A DNA stretch of 32,442 nucleotides from IMG/VR virus record IMGVR_UViG_3300030330_001942, positions 1-32,442 of that record, one strand, 5' to 3'. A program made the position numbers and the translations under genes. The notes under the pieces were generated by a model. The model worked only from the letters and a program-made list of their open reading frames with translations, ran no database searches and was not told where the DNA came from. Below are positions 9,135 through 18,678 of the stretch, piece after piece (the first letter of the stretch is position 1; every line of letters begins with the position of its first letter). Origin of the DNA: a virus (taxonomy: Duplodnaviria; Caudoviricetes).

Positions 9135-10730
9135 TTAGTTAGCGTTTTGTACCCATGTATTGTCTGGACAAAAGAATATATTTGAACTATCAATAGCATA
9201 ACCAACAACACGAACATAATCACCAGCACCGCTTGGAGCTGTATTGGTTAAAACCCCAGCTGTGTTAGAAACATATAAAGGTCTACCAAGTGTAAAGCCA
9301 TGACTGGCTTTATAAAAAACTCCTCTTGTTAACATGCCGTTTGCACTGGTACTACCAGTTGCTACAGCCAAAAGATTTGTTGTAATATCACTATCTGCAT
9401 CTGCTTCAGTCCAAGTAGCAGCAAAGTTACTTTTACCATAAACTTTACCTGCTGTCGTTGAAGCACTATGAAGAACTATTGTTTCTCCATTATATGCCGA
9501 TGAACTACTATTTACTTTTAATTGTCTTCTAGTGTTTTGACCATTAAAAAAAGTCTGAGTATTACTAGAAGGTGAGTTTATCGCAGAACTGTTTAAGTCT
9601 ATTGTATCATCAGTCAAACGAATATTGATAGCTGCTTGTGTTTTTAATTCAATCTGAGTTATTTCATCATTACCATCTACATCACCAATTAATAGTATGC
9701 CATTAGTTGAAGAATTAGAAATAGCTTTTATTGTTCCTTCTAAAAAAATATCACCACCCCCTACAGTAATGTCTCCACTTGTACTGATAATATTACCGCC
9801 TACCGTCAAAGCATTAGTTCCTGTATTAAATAGGATACCTGAGTCTGAAGTAAGTGCTGATGTTCCACTCCACACAGCTACTCTGCCACTTGAACCAGTA
9901 CCAGTAACAGTACCAGTATTGGTGGTATAACCCGCACCGTTTGTCAACTGATTGTTGTTTGTTATACCGTTGGTAATAGTGATAGTTTCACCACTACGAC
10001 TTGTGCTAATATTAGTACCACCCGCTATGTCTACAGTCTCCCCGTTTGTAACAGTTGCAGTTCCACCACTATCTGCTGTTAAATTCCAGGAAGTCATATC
10101 ACCACTTCCAAATGGTAAGTTTGAAATAGTTGATTTTTTTATTTCATCATCGCTAGCGTCCGAAAACCAAATAGTATCTCCTGCAACAGGAGTTGCTGTC
10201 GTAGCTACTAAAATAGCATTGTCACCTCCATCATAATCAATCTTTACCGTAGGAGTGGTTGTAGCAGTTCCTGTTATTGTAATTCCAGCACTGCCTGAAA
10301 CCGAAGTTACAGTCCCTTGTGGTACACCTGAAATTTGGTTGTCTACATATGTTTTATTTGCCGCATCTGTTCCAGAAGAAACCGTATCAACACCTTGTAT
10401 TCTACCAGTACCACTTAAAGTTATATCACCTCCACCAACAGTTACATCACCTGCAAAAGTTGCGTTAGCGTTAGTTTCAAATGTTAAGGCAGTTGTACTA
10501 TTGTCTACTTGAATTTTTACACCTTTACTAGCTTGACCTTTTAAATAAGCATAGCCTGTGTCCCATGTTAACGTACCAACGTCTCTAGCTTGACCCCAAT
10601 CTAAAGTACCATCAGATTCCATACTAATTCTTGGGGTTTGTATAACAGCTGAATTACTAGTTGCTGTTATGCTTCCTGAAGTTGATATAGTACCCGTAAT
10701 CGATACGCCTTCAATAAAAGATATAGCCAT
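9135..10730 (-). CDS. Tail fibre protein
   Basis: 531 aa, Gly/Thr/Ser-rich, with the DAANKTYVD fibre motif and a C-terminal GRPLYVS...APSGAGDYVRVVGYA domain. Confidence 0.75.
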   Translation of the reverse strand: MAISFIEGVSITGTISTSGSITATSNSAVIQTPRISMESDGTLDWGQARDVGTLTWDTGYAYLKGQASKGVKIQVDNSTTALTFETNANATFAGDVTVGGGDITLSGTGRIQGVDTVSSGTDAANKTYVDNQISGVPQGTVTSVSGSAGITITGTATTTPTVKIDYDGGDNAILVATTATPVAGDTIWFSDASDDEIKKSTISNLPFGSGDMTSWNLTADSGGTATVTNGETVDIAGGTNISTSRSGETITITNGITNNNQLTNGAGYTTNTGTVTGTGSSGRVAVWSGTSALTSDSGILFNTGTNALTVGGNIISTSGDITVGGGDIFLEGTIKAISNSSTNGILLIGDVDGNDEITQIELKTQAAINIRLTDDTIDLNSSAINSPSSNTQTFFNGQNTRRQLKVNSSSSAYNGETIVLHSASTTAGKVYGKSNFAATWTEADADSDITTNLLAVATGSTSANGMLTRGVFYKASHGFTLGRPLYVSNTAGVLTNTAPSGAGDYVRVVGYAIDSSNIFFCPDNTWVQNAN

Positions 10731-10756
10731 ATGTTATTTAATTAAAGTTCTCCTAC

Positions 10757-13114
10757 TTACACACACTTGGTACAAAGCACTTGCAATGTATCAGCTGTTT
10801 GAGCAGATGAACAAGTTACTGTTACGACAGAGTTACTAGTTCTTTCTACTTGTGCAAATATAGTTGCTCCATCTGAAATTCTGTAAACTTGCACAATAAT
10901 ATCTTTACTTGACAAGCCATGACTTACAGTGAACGATGCCGCATCAGATGTAGGGAATGTACCAGAGAAAGAGTTATCATTAACAATTTTATCTCTAACT
11001 GCTGATACAGGAACTTTAACATTTGTAGTACTGGATGTATCGTAGATGATTAATTCATCATCTGCTGCTACTGTAGCTAAAGCTGATTGACCAGTAATAT
11101 TTAATCCAACTACTGCTGCTTGACCTTCACCCGTAGCACCTGAAACTGCAATACCTTTTCTATTATTAGTCGAACTTGCTGCTACTGTTGCTGTATAATT
11201 ACCAGTAGTTTCAGTTCCTAAAATAATACCGTTATTTTTAACTGTTACAACACCTGCTGCACTTACTGCAAAGTTATCTGAACTGAATGAAGCTATACCT
11301 GGTGTAGTAGTTGTAGCTAAACCAATGTTGTTCTGAACAGTTACCCAGTTTGCCAAAGTAGTTGGTGCATCTTGTTGTGCGATAAGTAAATCTCCAACTT
11401 CAACAGTTTCACTAAAGAATGAACCAGCGGCAGTAACAACATACGACCAACCTTTCTTGATACTTGAACTTGGACTGCTGTCTAAGTCTGGCGTGTTAGT
11501 TGCTGCGTTATATCCACCTTGGAATATTAATAATCCTGAGCCTGCTAATTGCTGGTCAACATAGTTTTTAGAAGCAGCATCTGTTGAAGCAGTTACTGTG
11601 TCAATACCTTGAATTCTTCCTGTACCCGATAATGTGATGTCTCCACCTGAAACTGTTAAGTCTCCACCAATAGTTACATTGTTTGGTAAACCTACTGTAA
11701 CAGTTCTGCCAGATTCTGAAACTTCTACTTCGTTTGAAGTTCCTTGGATTGTCACTGTTTGACCTGAACCTACTGATGATGTGTTTGAACCATCGCTAAT
11801 CGTCCATGAGCCATAGTTGTCAAAGGCACCCATTGTTATGGTTTCAGTATTTACTGCGGTAACGTGTCCAGTAGCGTCTGTTGTTATAGAATCAACTTTT
11901 GTAAACGTTCCACCAGAACCAACTGTATCAGTAGAAGTTGTATTACTTCTAGATGTAGTATCATGGTTTAATGTAACTGAACCAGAAGTACCACCACCAT
12001 TTAATTTAGTTCCAGCAACAACTGCTGTAATGTCTCCTTGTGGTGCTAATGCTATTAAACTTGATATTGCTATTTCCTTAACAGTTGTGTCTGTACCATC
12101 TTCATATAATATTTTATCTGAACTTTCAATTGTAGAACCAGCACCTGCTGCATCAACAACGTTTCCTGCTCCTGTATAAAGTACAGATACATTTGGAACT
12201 GGGCCTGAACCACTAGATACTGTGATACCAGAACTTCCTGTTACTCCAGTTATATCTCCTTGTGGTGCAGCAGCTAAAAGATTTGTTACAGTAATTGCTT
12301 TGTTTGTTGCAGTGTCTGCATCGTAAATAATTAATTCATCAGAACCAGAAGGCGTTGCACCTAAATTTGTTTGACCAACAATGTTTAATCCAACTTCTGG
12401 AATCGGCCCTGCTGCATTTGCTACTGCGATACCTTTTCTGTTGTTTGTGGTAGAAGCATTTACAGCGGTAATATCTCCAGTTAAAGAAATAATATCACTA
12501 ATTAATGCTTTCTTAGTAGAATTGTCTGTCGCATCAACAATAGAAACAAAGTCAGAAGAAACAGCTGTAACTGTTGTTAACTCGTTTAAATCTAATGTTA
12601 AAGCAACTGTTCTACTTGATTCAGCAGCATCAATACCTGTACTACCTGATATAGTTACAGTCTGACCATCAGTTACTGTTGAAGAAGATGAACCATCACT
12701 AATAGTCCACGATGTATATGTTCCACCTGGAGTAGCCCACGAACCATCACCTCTAAGGAATGTGGTTGCAGAACCTCCAACTGGTACGTGACCTACATCA
12801 CTACCACCATCATATGCTCTAGAACTTATAGTTACACTTCCAGTTGATGAATTAACACTCAACGCATTACCTGTCGATGCAGCACCGTTTGCTACTGCTA
12901 TCGAATCAACATCTCCTGTTCCATCTAGTGTAATCCATGCTGTGGAGTCACCATTATAATATCTTAAACTACCATCTGTAGAATTATAATATAATCTACC
13001 TGCGGTAGCTGTTGGATTGCTTGTTAAGTTTTCAACTCTAAATTGGACTAATTGATTCTGGTTTAAATCTAAGTTGCCCGCTATGCTAACTGCATTTAAA
13101 AAATTTATTGCCAT
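10757..13114 (-). CDS. Tail fibre protein
   Basis: 785 aa with internal repeats (PQGDIT, SWTISDG, NNRKGIAV, DELIIYD) and a DAASKNYVD motif. Confidence 0.75.
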   Translation of the reverse strand: MAINFLNAVSIAGNLDLNQNQLVQFRVENLTSNPTATAGRLYYNSTDGSLRYYNGDSTAWITLDGTGDVDSIAVANGAASTGNALSVNSSTGSVTISSRAYDGGSDVGHVPVGGSATTFLRGDGSWATPGGTYTSWTISDGSSSSTVTDGQTVTISGSTGIDAAESSRTVALTLDLNELTTVTAVSSDFVSIVDATDNSTKKALISDIISLTGDITAVNASTTNNRKGIAVANAAGPIPEVGLNIVGQTNLGATPSGSDELIIYDADTATNKAITVTNLLAAAPQGDITGVTGSSGITVSSGSGPVPNVSVLYTGAGNVVDAAGAGSTIESSDKILYEDGTDTTVKEIAISSLIALAPQGDITAVVAGTKLNGGGTSGSVTLNHDTTSRSNTTSTDTVGSGGTFTKVDSITTDATGHVTAVNTETITMGAFDNYGSWTISDGSNTSSVGSGQTVTIQGTSNEVEVSESGRTVTVGLPNNVTIGGDLTVSGGDITLSGTGRIQGIDTVTASTDAASKNYVDQQLAGSGLLIFQGGYNAATNTPDLDSSPSSSIKKGWSYVVTAAGSFFSETVEVGDLLIAQQDAPTTLANWVTVQNNIGLATTTTPGIASFSSDNFAVSAAGVVTVKNNGIILGTETTGNYTATVAASSTNNRKGIAVSGATGEGQAAVVGLNITGQSALATVAADDELIIYDTSSTTNVKVPVSAVRDKIVNDNSFSGTFPTSDAASFTVSHGLSSKDIIVQVYRISDGATIFAQVERTSNSVVTVTCSSAQTADTLQVLCTKCV

Positions 13115-13129
13115 TTTTCTTTCTTTTTT

Positions 13130-13852
13130 TTAATTACAAGTTACCGTTCCACCAGTGGCTGCACTAAATGATATTGTAACTTGGTTATCATTAATATAAT
13201 CTACTATTCCGTAAACTTCATTTCCTGAAGTATCTATACAGCTAACAGCAGGTTTTTTCCCTAAATTATGGTTCACCGTCCATGTTGTAAGAGGTGCACC
13301 GAACACTTCTGTGTAGTTTTTGTCTCCGCCTGAAGCCGACACATTATACTGCAACAAAGATATAAAATAATCCTGATTGTTTTCTAAGCTTCCATTGCCC
13401 ACTACATAAGTCAAATCTATATTCCAAAAGTCTGGTTCAGTTCCGTCAAGATTAGCAGCGTCCCACGTAAATATTCCGAAGACAGATGTGTTCTTACACT
13501 GCGATATTAATACTTGTGAATTAACCAAAGGAACTTGGTAAAAAGACTGAACATCTACAAGAGCCTTTGTAAACTTACTTAGCATAAAAGTAGTTACGCT
13601 ACTGAATGCTACATTGTCTCCTCTAGAACTATTAAATGATATAGAACCAGGCTTTCGTGTATCAGTTGGCAATTTGTTTTGAAAAACATATCGTAAAGAA
13701 TCAGATTCTACTTTGTTAAAATTATTTAAATAGATTGCAACATCACGTGCAGTAAAGTTTTTTGTTTCTTTCAAAGCACTTGCGTCTGTACCTATCCACT
13801 TATCGTCATCAACAACAGGAGTTGATATAGCGTATGTGCTTATTTTTGCCAT
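13130..13852 (-). CDS. Putative tail/structural protein
   Basis: MAKIS N-terminal module. The C-terminal WTVNHNLG..P.V domain resembles the C-terminus of the 785-aa fibre. Confidence 0.6.
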   Translation of the reverse strand: MAKISTYAISTPVVDDDKWIGTDASALKETKNFTARDVAIYLNNFNKVESDSLRYVFQNKLPTDTRKPGSISFNSSRGDNVAFSSVTTFMLSKFTKALVDVQSFYQVPLVNSQVLISQCKNTSVFGIFTWDAANLDGTEPDFWNIDLTYVVGNGSLENNQDYFISLLQYNVSASGGDKNYTEVFGAPLTTWTVNHNLGKKPAVSCIDTSGNEVYGIVDYINDNQVTISFSAATGGTVTCN

Positions 13853-13857
13853 TTAAA

Positions 13858-14259
13858 TTATTTTATTTTTTTTCCTTTTTCATAACTACGACCACCAAAA
13901 TATGCTGCGACAGTAGTCATGAGTAATAGTTTGAGTAGTTCTTTCCACTCATCATCTACTGCAAAGATAATAAATCCTGAATCAATAAATATTAATATCA
14001 TTGTAGCCACAATCAAAAAGATTAAAACCAATGGTCTTACTGACTTAGATAATTTACTGTCACTAGTCATATCCGACTTCCATCTTTCTGAAATGTTTTT
14101 TTCTATTTCAGCTTCAGCATTTATAAACATTGCTGTCATTTCTTTTTCAAAAGCAGCTTTCTCATCTTTGGTATGAACGAACTTATCAATCATTCCAGTC
14201 AACTTGTCTCCTACTTCTCCAGCTGCTCCTCCAAATAATTTACCTAATATTTCTTTCAT
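13858..14259 (-). CDS. Putative holin (GTA 3TM holin-like)
   Basis: RWKSDMTSDSKLSKSVRP followed by hydrophobic helices and AYFGGRSYEK. Lies next to the endolysin. Confidence 0.75.
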   Translation of the reverse strand: MKEILGKLFGGAAGEVGDKLTGMIDKFVHTKDEKAAFEKEMTAMFINAEAEIEKNISERWKSDMTSDSKLSKSVRPLVLIFLIVATMILIFIDSGFIIFAVDDEWKELLKLLLMTTVAAYFGGRSYEKGKKIK

Positions 14260-14717
14260 ATTACTTTATATTTAGTTTTACCTTGCTCATCTTTGTAAGC
14301 TTTCAAACATCTTTTTCTGTTTTCTTCTTTATTTACATAACTGACGTGTATCCAGTTCGGAGAAACATCAGTTCCGAATTCCCATATCAATTGGTCAAAA
14401 TCTATATGCTCACGTATGTACATAAACATTTCTGCATTAGTTTTGTAACCATAAACATCATCCAAGTCTAAAGCTTGGCCTTTACAATGTTGAGAAGATG
14501 CAACACCACCGATGGCAGTGTTAAGTTCAGGCGACCTGAAGAAAGAGCTGACCTTTATAGGCCCGCCTACCCATTCACGAAGTGGTTCAAAAATCTTTTC
14601 AGCTGTAACTTTCATTGTGTCTAACTGCTGCGGATTAGGTGTATTATCAATACCTTTTCTTTTTGCAGTGTTAGAATGAATAGCTTCAGCATAAGTTATA
14701 TGCCTGCTAATTTTCAT
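14256..14717 (-). CDS. Endolysin, peptidase M15 family Zn peptidase
   Basis: Motifs SFFRSPELN..IGG..SSQHCKGQALD and WIHVSY supply the H-x6-D...H zinc ligands. Confidence 0.88.
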   Translation of the reverse strand: MKISRHITYAEAIHSNTAKRKGIDNTPNPQQLDTMKVTAEKIFEPLREWVGGPIKVSSFFRSPELNTAIGGVASSQHCKGQALDLDDVYGYKTNAEMFMYIREHIDFDQLIWEFGTDVSPNWIHVSYVNKEENRKRCLKAYKDEQGKTKYKVI

Positions 14718-15967
14718 AACTCAATATTTAATCCTACTGTAGAGTTAAAAATTTCAGTATCCCAAAACTTTGTATATTCTCCTTCTACAAAAATACCTAA
14801 TTTTTTTGTGAGGTTCCAGCCAAGTATCAAACCGAACTGATAGTCGTCCCATTGTTCTAATTCAGAATCTTGTCTCAATCCGCCTAACCCCCAGTTGTTT
14901 CTGTTAAGATAACTGAATGATTCATCACCTTTGAAATATTTGTGATATGGTAATATGTAATTAGCATAGCTGTGTAGCCAAAACTTTTGTCTGTACAAAT
15001 AAAAATCTGCTCCGACAATAGGTGCTACCTCTGCGAATGCGTCTAACAAGTCCCATTGTTCTCTGTTAAATCGGTTCATCAAGTCCGCAAATACTGTCTC
15101 ACGAAACTCTAAATCACTATCGGCTACTATGTTTCCTTGCTCATCAATCCAGTACCAATCATAAACTGTATTGCCAAACTCATCTTGCTGTGTGTATGCA
15201 ATATCATCATACCCATATTCAAAGCCTAATGTGTACCAAGGGTTCATAGCATACCCGTCATCATCTGTTTCGTTCAGCCATATTTCTACTGGATTGTAAC
15301 CAAAAGCTTGGTCATGAGAACGTGCAATGAAACCTGCTGAGATACTAAACTTTTTTCCTATCGGAAGTCTTGCTCGTACTTCTGCGGAGTTGTATTTAAA
15401 ACCAACATTACCTTCTTCTCTTGATTCGATTTTAGCAATATGATATTTACCCGTATGCCTAAGAAAGTATCGGTGATTTGTAAACACCTCACCTCTTTCC
15501 CTTTCTTTCTCCCAATGAAATAAATATTCCCATCCATCAAATGCTGCTGTAGGAGAAGATAGAGCTACATTTTTTTCTGTACCATCATAATAAGCCTTTT
15601 CTTTATTTTCATAATCGAACCTTGCAATACGTCTTATACCAAAACCATATCTGTAATCAAACTCGTGATACTCTGTAGCATCTTGAACAATAGGCACATC
15701 ATATAAACTACCGCTAGGGTTTGTTCTTACAACGTAATCGATTGATTGTTTTTGATAAGGATTGTTTACATTACCAGCAACATATGCGGTACCATACTGT
15801 AAAAAATCATCATATACTTTTGATAAAAAAGATTTTTTAGTTTTTACTAATTTATCTTGAGTAACAACTTGTGCTTGTAAACTAAATGTAAATGCTGCAA
15901 GTAAAAATAATACTATAACCATAAGAGCATTCAATGCAAACTTTTCTGTTTTTTGTTTTCTATTCAT
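14714..15967 (-). CDS. Exported protein, predicted outer-membrane beta-barrel
   Basis: Signal-peptide-like N-terminus ending SLQAQ, aromatic-rich alternating strands, and C-terminal YQFGLILGWNL...GIFVEGEY...FNSTVGLNIEL. Confidence 0.55.
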   Translation of the reverse strand: MNRKQKTEKFALNALMVIVLFLLAAFTFSLQAQVVTQDKLVKTKKSFLSKVYDDFLQYGTAYVAGNVNNPYQKQSIDYVVRTNPSGSLYDVPIVQDATEYHEFDYRYGFGIRRIARFDYENKEKAYYDGTEKNVALSSPTAAFDGWEYLFHWEKERERGEVFTNHRYFLRHTGKYHIAKIESREEGNVGFKYNSAEVRARLPIGKKFSISAGFIARSHDQAFGYNPVEIWLNETDDDGYAMNPWYTLGFEYGYDDIAYTQQDEFGNTVYDWYWIDEQGNIVADSDLEFRETVFADLMNRFNREQWDLLDAFAEVAPIVGADFYLYRQKFWLHSYANYILPYHKYFKGDESFSYLNRNNWGLGGLRQDSELEQWDDYQFGLILGWNLTKKLGIFVEGEYTKFWDTEIFNSTVGLNIEL

Positions 15968-15969
15968 AT

Positions 15970-16308
15970 CTAAAATTTACGTTTTATTATTTTGTTTATG
16001 TGTTCCTGTACTCGGTCTAATGTATTTTCTGGTAACTTCAATGAGATACCACTTTCTACACGTAATATAGTTTTACCATTGTGAAATAATATCACAGTCG
16101 GTAAATACTTAATATTTTCTTTTTGAAAAATTTTAGGATGTTGTGTATAATACAAACGGAGCATATCAGCTCCTTCAAGTTTGCTTATATCTATTTCATT
16201 GGCTTTTACAAAATCAGCCGAAAATTGTATGACTACTAAGCCATCTTTATAAGATTGAGAAAAAGCAAGAGTTGGTATTAACAATAAAATTGTTATCCAT
16301 AGTTTCAT
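15970..16308 (-). CDS. Exported thioredoxin-fold protein lacking CxxC
   Basis: Signal peptide ending LAFSQ. VVIQFSADF sits where F.A.WCxxC would be, and IKYLPTVILFHNGK is the cis-Pro motif. The protein has no cysteine. Confidence 0.65.
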   Translation of the reverse strand: MKLWITILLLIPTLAFSQSYKDGLVVIQFSADFVKANEIDISKLEGADMLRLYYTQHPKIFQKENIKYLPTVILFHNGKTILRVESGISLKLPENTLDRVQEHINKIIKRKF

Positions 16309-16589
16309 CTTTCTTTCGTTAATTCAAATATTCGTTCTTCAAGTTTTTCAAGCGTTGCTTTCATTTCTTTGACATCTTCTTGAGTTGTCATAATTGCGTC
16401 ACGAATTATTTGGTCTTTATATGTAAATTCTGTTTTGGTAACTTCGGGTGCAGGTAACTCCATAGCTTTAGCTATGTCAGCTTGCAGCACAAAATACATA
16501 CTGCACAGAGAGATAGTAAAGCCTACTATCATACCGATAGTTTTAAGGTCTAAAGTAACTTTGGTATCTTCTCCAATCTGTTGTGCCAT
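16305..16589 (-). CDS. Single-pass membrane protein with C-terminal coiled coil
   Basis: TM helix IGMIVGFTISLCSMYFVL and heptads EDVKEMKATLEKLEERIFEL. Confidence 0.65.
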   Translation of the reverse strand: MAQQIGEDTKVTLDLKTIGMIVGFTISLCSMYFVLQADIAKAMELPAPEVTKTEFTYKDQIIRDAIMTTQEDVKEMKATLEKLEERIFELTKER

Positions 16590-16592
16590 AGT

Positions 16593-17144
16593 TTATGATA
16601 GTGCTATACATTTATCTCTACATGCTGCTGTAGTGCCTGATTCTTTTAGTTGTAAAACTTGTACTGGTAAATACTCTCCTAGTTTTGCATTTTCAAACTT
16701 AACAGTGTTGTTTCCTACAGTTACAACATCCATGTCTACAAAACGTGGGTCTGAAACTCCAGCTGCAACATTTGCTATATCTTGTTTTACATCTATATCA
16801 GAACCTACCCATAGTACACAACCTAAAGTTGGTTTGTTATATATTTTATAGTTAACTGAGCCTGATGCTCCAACAACACTTGGTGTAACTGATAAAACTG
16901 TATTACTATCAACAGCTGTTACACGATATGCTCTTACGTCTGTAGAATCGTAAATAATCGCACCAACAAAAACATTACCGTTAAAGTTTGCATTTGAGTC
17001 TGAAAATTTATCTTGCGTAGATGCATCGCCTTCACCAGTTGATGATTGTTGCCCTGAAAAAGAATTAGGGTCAGGAATAGGAACTGTATCACTGGCTATT
17101 ACTACCAGAGCGTTTGCTGTATTTACTTGAATTTTTGAATACAT
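16593..17144 (-). CDS. Hypothetical beta-rich protein, probably structural
   Basis: 183 aa ending GEYLPVQVLQLKESGTTA...IALS, a pattern seen in small phage structural proteins. Confidence 0.55.
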   Translation of the reverse strand: MYSKIQVNTANALVVIASDTVPIPDPNSFSGQQSSTGEGDASTQDKFSDSNANFNGNVFVGAIIYDSTDVRAYRVTAVDSNTVLSVTPSVVGASGSVNYKIYNKPTLGCVLWVGSDIDVKQDIANVAAGVSDPRFVDMDVVTVGNNTVKFENAKLGEYLPVQVLQLKESGTTAACRDKCIALS

Positions 17145-17146
17145 AT

Positions 17147-17305
17147 TTATTTATTTTTATATGGAAACAATCTGTTTAGTGTATCACGTCTTTCACCACA
17201 ACCACATGGAGTTCCCGTTACTTTACTTACTTTTTCTACTACTGATTTTATTCCAGTAGCCTTGGTTATTTTTTCTATAGAATCTCCTAGCCCTCTGCTC
17301 GGCAT
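17147..17305 (-). CDS. Small basic protein with CGC motif
   Basis: MPSRGLGDSIEKITKATGIK...PCGCGERRDTLNRLFPY. Start at ATG 17305 or GTG 17329. The track start at 17359 overlaps the upstream ORF. Confidence 0.75.
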   Translation of the reverse strand: MPSRGLGDSIEKITKATGIKSVVEKVSKVTGTPCGCGERRDTLNRLFPYKNK

Positions 17306-17333
17306 TCTTCTTGTTAGATTTCTCCTCACAATT

Positions 17334-17474
17334 TTATTTTTTACACAAGCACTCTGCAACAGGGCAATCCTTCACGTTCACAACAAGCTTAGATAACAAC
17401 CAGTTCCATTTACAACATAGTCTTCTCCACATGTTCTGAACCCAAAGTCCTGCTTTAACTAACCACTTACCCAT
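17334..17474 (-). CDS. 46-aa Trp/Cys/Lys-rich microprotein
   Basis: Not in the track: MGKWLVKAGLWVQNMWRRLCCKWNWLLSKLVVNVKDCPVAECLCKK. Its ATG overlaps the upstream stop (TAATG). Confidence 0.65.
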   Translation of the reverse strand: MGKWLVKAGLWVQNMWRRLCCKWNWLLSKLVVNVKDCPVAECLCKK

Positions 17475-17689
17475 TACTTTCTGATTAATGAGCCGAGGTG
17501 AGAGTGAACGCTACCTGGATAATCCATGTGATGGTCTCCACTGTAAGCACGACCAGTCATTTTCTTAGCCATACCTTTACTTTCATCTCTACGGTCTTTC
17601 ATTGATTGAGAGTGAGCACCTCTGTGCTTCATTCCTATAGACTCATCTAATCTTGAATTATATCCTTGTTTTTTATAGTGACTTGGCAT
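17474..17689 (-). CDS. 71-aa basic His/Met-rich protein
   Basis: KQGYNSRLDESIGMKH...KDRRDESKGM, preceded by an A-rich leader. Confidence 0.7.
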   Translation of the reverse strand: MPSHYKKQGYNSRLDESIGMKHRGAHSQSMKDRRDESKGMAKKMTGRAYSGDHHMDYPGSVHSHLGSLIRK

Positions 17690-17711
17690 AATATTTATTT
17701 TTTATTATTAA

Positions 17712-17867
17712 TTATTTTTTCTTGTTAATTTTTCGCATCATCTTAGCGAAGTTATATTTCTTAGAACCTTTTGGACAAGATTTACTTCCAAATTTTTTTC
17801 CAGTGCAATCTCCGAGTGTACCCTTTTTCTTTGCCCTTGAAAATACTTCTTGAATAAAGTTTGACAT
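17712..17867 (-). CDS. 51-aa Lys-rich microprotein
   Basis: Not in the track: MSNFIQEVFSRAKKKGTLGDCTGKKFGSKSCPKGSKKYNFAKMMRKINKKK. Promoter element at 17889-17896. Confidence 0.7.
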   Translation of the reverse strand: MSNFIQEVFSRAKKKGTLGDCTGKKFGSKSCPKGSKKYNFAKMMRKINKKK

Positions 17868-17888
17868 AACTCACTAATATTTATTTGA

Positions 17889-17896
17889 CAAAGATA
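17889..17896 (-). promoter_or_regulatory. -7 promoter element (TATCTTTG)
   Basis: TAnnTTTG about 22 bp upstream of ATG 17867. Confidence 0.6.
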
Positions 17897-18187
17897 CTAA
17901 TATTTTCCTTGTCTATTTTTAGGACTTGATTTGGTGCTGCCACCTTTTCCTGCCCATAATTTTTTACACGCCCAATATCTTGCTGTTAGTTTTGATTTTG
18001 CTTGTCCACATTTGTGACGTGCTCGAAAGCTTTTCCTTGCAGCTGCTGAATAATTATGTCCATATCCTTTTGCTCCAAAGTGAATAAGCTTTTCTTTTCC
18101 TCCTTCACAGGCCTTAACCATTTTCTTTTTGCCTGCTCTATCGGATGCAACAACTTTGTTACAGGACATTTTACTTTTTTCTGCCAC
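17897..18187 (-). CDS. 96-aa Lys-rich protein
   Basis: GTG start. KLIHFGAKGY...ARKSFRARHKC...TARYWACKKLW, a pattern familiar from aquatic phage hypothetical proteins. Confidence 0.75.
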   Translation of the reverse strand: MAEKSKMSCNKVVASDRAGKKKMVKACEGGKEKLIHFGAKGYGHNYSAAARKSFRARHKCGQAKSKLTARYWACKKLWAGKGGSTKSSPKNRQGKY

Positions 18188-18198
18188 ACTTTATTTAT

Positions 18199-18438
18199 TT
18201 ATGAGTTTCTAACTTTTGCTGCTTTGGTGTTTGAAACAAATTGTTTTTTACCACCGCTACGTTTTTTCTTTTTTGCTGTTGCTGCTAATTGTTTTTTGCT
18301 TAACCTTCTGGCTTTAGCTAAAGGCAAACACCTGTCAGGGTTCTTTTTATTTTTACTAGTTCCGCAAGGGCCTTTGATTTTTCCATCAGTGCCTATGCGT
18401 ACCCATTTTTGTTTACGCCATTTAGCTAACTCACCCAT
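18199..18438 (-). CDS. 79-aa Lys/Arg-rich protein
   Basis: LAKWRKQKWVRI...CG...RCLPLAKA. Its start overlaps the upstream stop. Confidence 0.75.
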   Translation of the reverse strand: MGELAKWRKQKWVRIGTDGKIKGPCGTSKNKKNPDRCLPLAKARRLSKKQLAATAKKKKRSGGKKQFVSNTKAAKVRNS

Positions 18439-18554
18439 TACTTTTTCTTTTTCTTCTTCTTTGACTTGAGAGCCTTGAAGTCATCACCAGTTATTCTGTC
18501 AAAAGGAAATGCAGCTCTAGCAATTTTTCTTTGTGCTTTACTTAACTTGCTCAT
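18438..18554 (-). CDS. 38-aa Lys-rich microprotein
   Basis: Not in the track: MSKLSKAQRKIARAAFPFDRITGDDFKALKSKKKKKKK. ATGA overlap upstream and TAATG overlap downstream. Confidence 0.7.
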   Translation of the reverse strand: MSKLSKAQRKIARAAFPFDRITGDDFKALKSKKKKKKK

Positions 18555-18673
18555 TTCTTTTTCTTTGGAGTCATTGATTTTAACATCTTGTCTATTCTTG
18601 CCGCTTGGCCTTTGTGCATTGCAGAAGCTTTTCTTAGCTCACCAGCAATTTTTTTTAATGCATTTTTATTCAT
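18551..18673 (-). CDS. 40-aa Lys-rich microprotein
   Basis: Not in the track: MNKNALKKIAGELRKASAMHKGQAARIDKMLKSMTPKKKK. Confidence 0.7.
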   Translation of the reverse strand: MNKNALKKIAGELRKASAMHKGQAARIDKMLKSMTPKKKK

Positions 18674-18678
18674 ATCAA

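Noticed and set aside
9135-13114. Diversity-generating retroelement template/variable repeat pair in the fibre genes
   Set aside because: Differences between the shared segments are not restricted to adenines, and there is no reverse transcriptase in the window.
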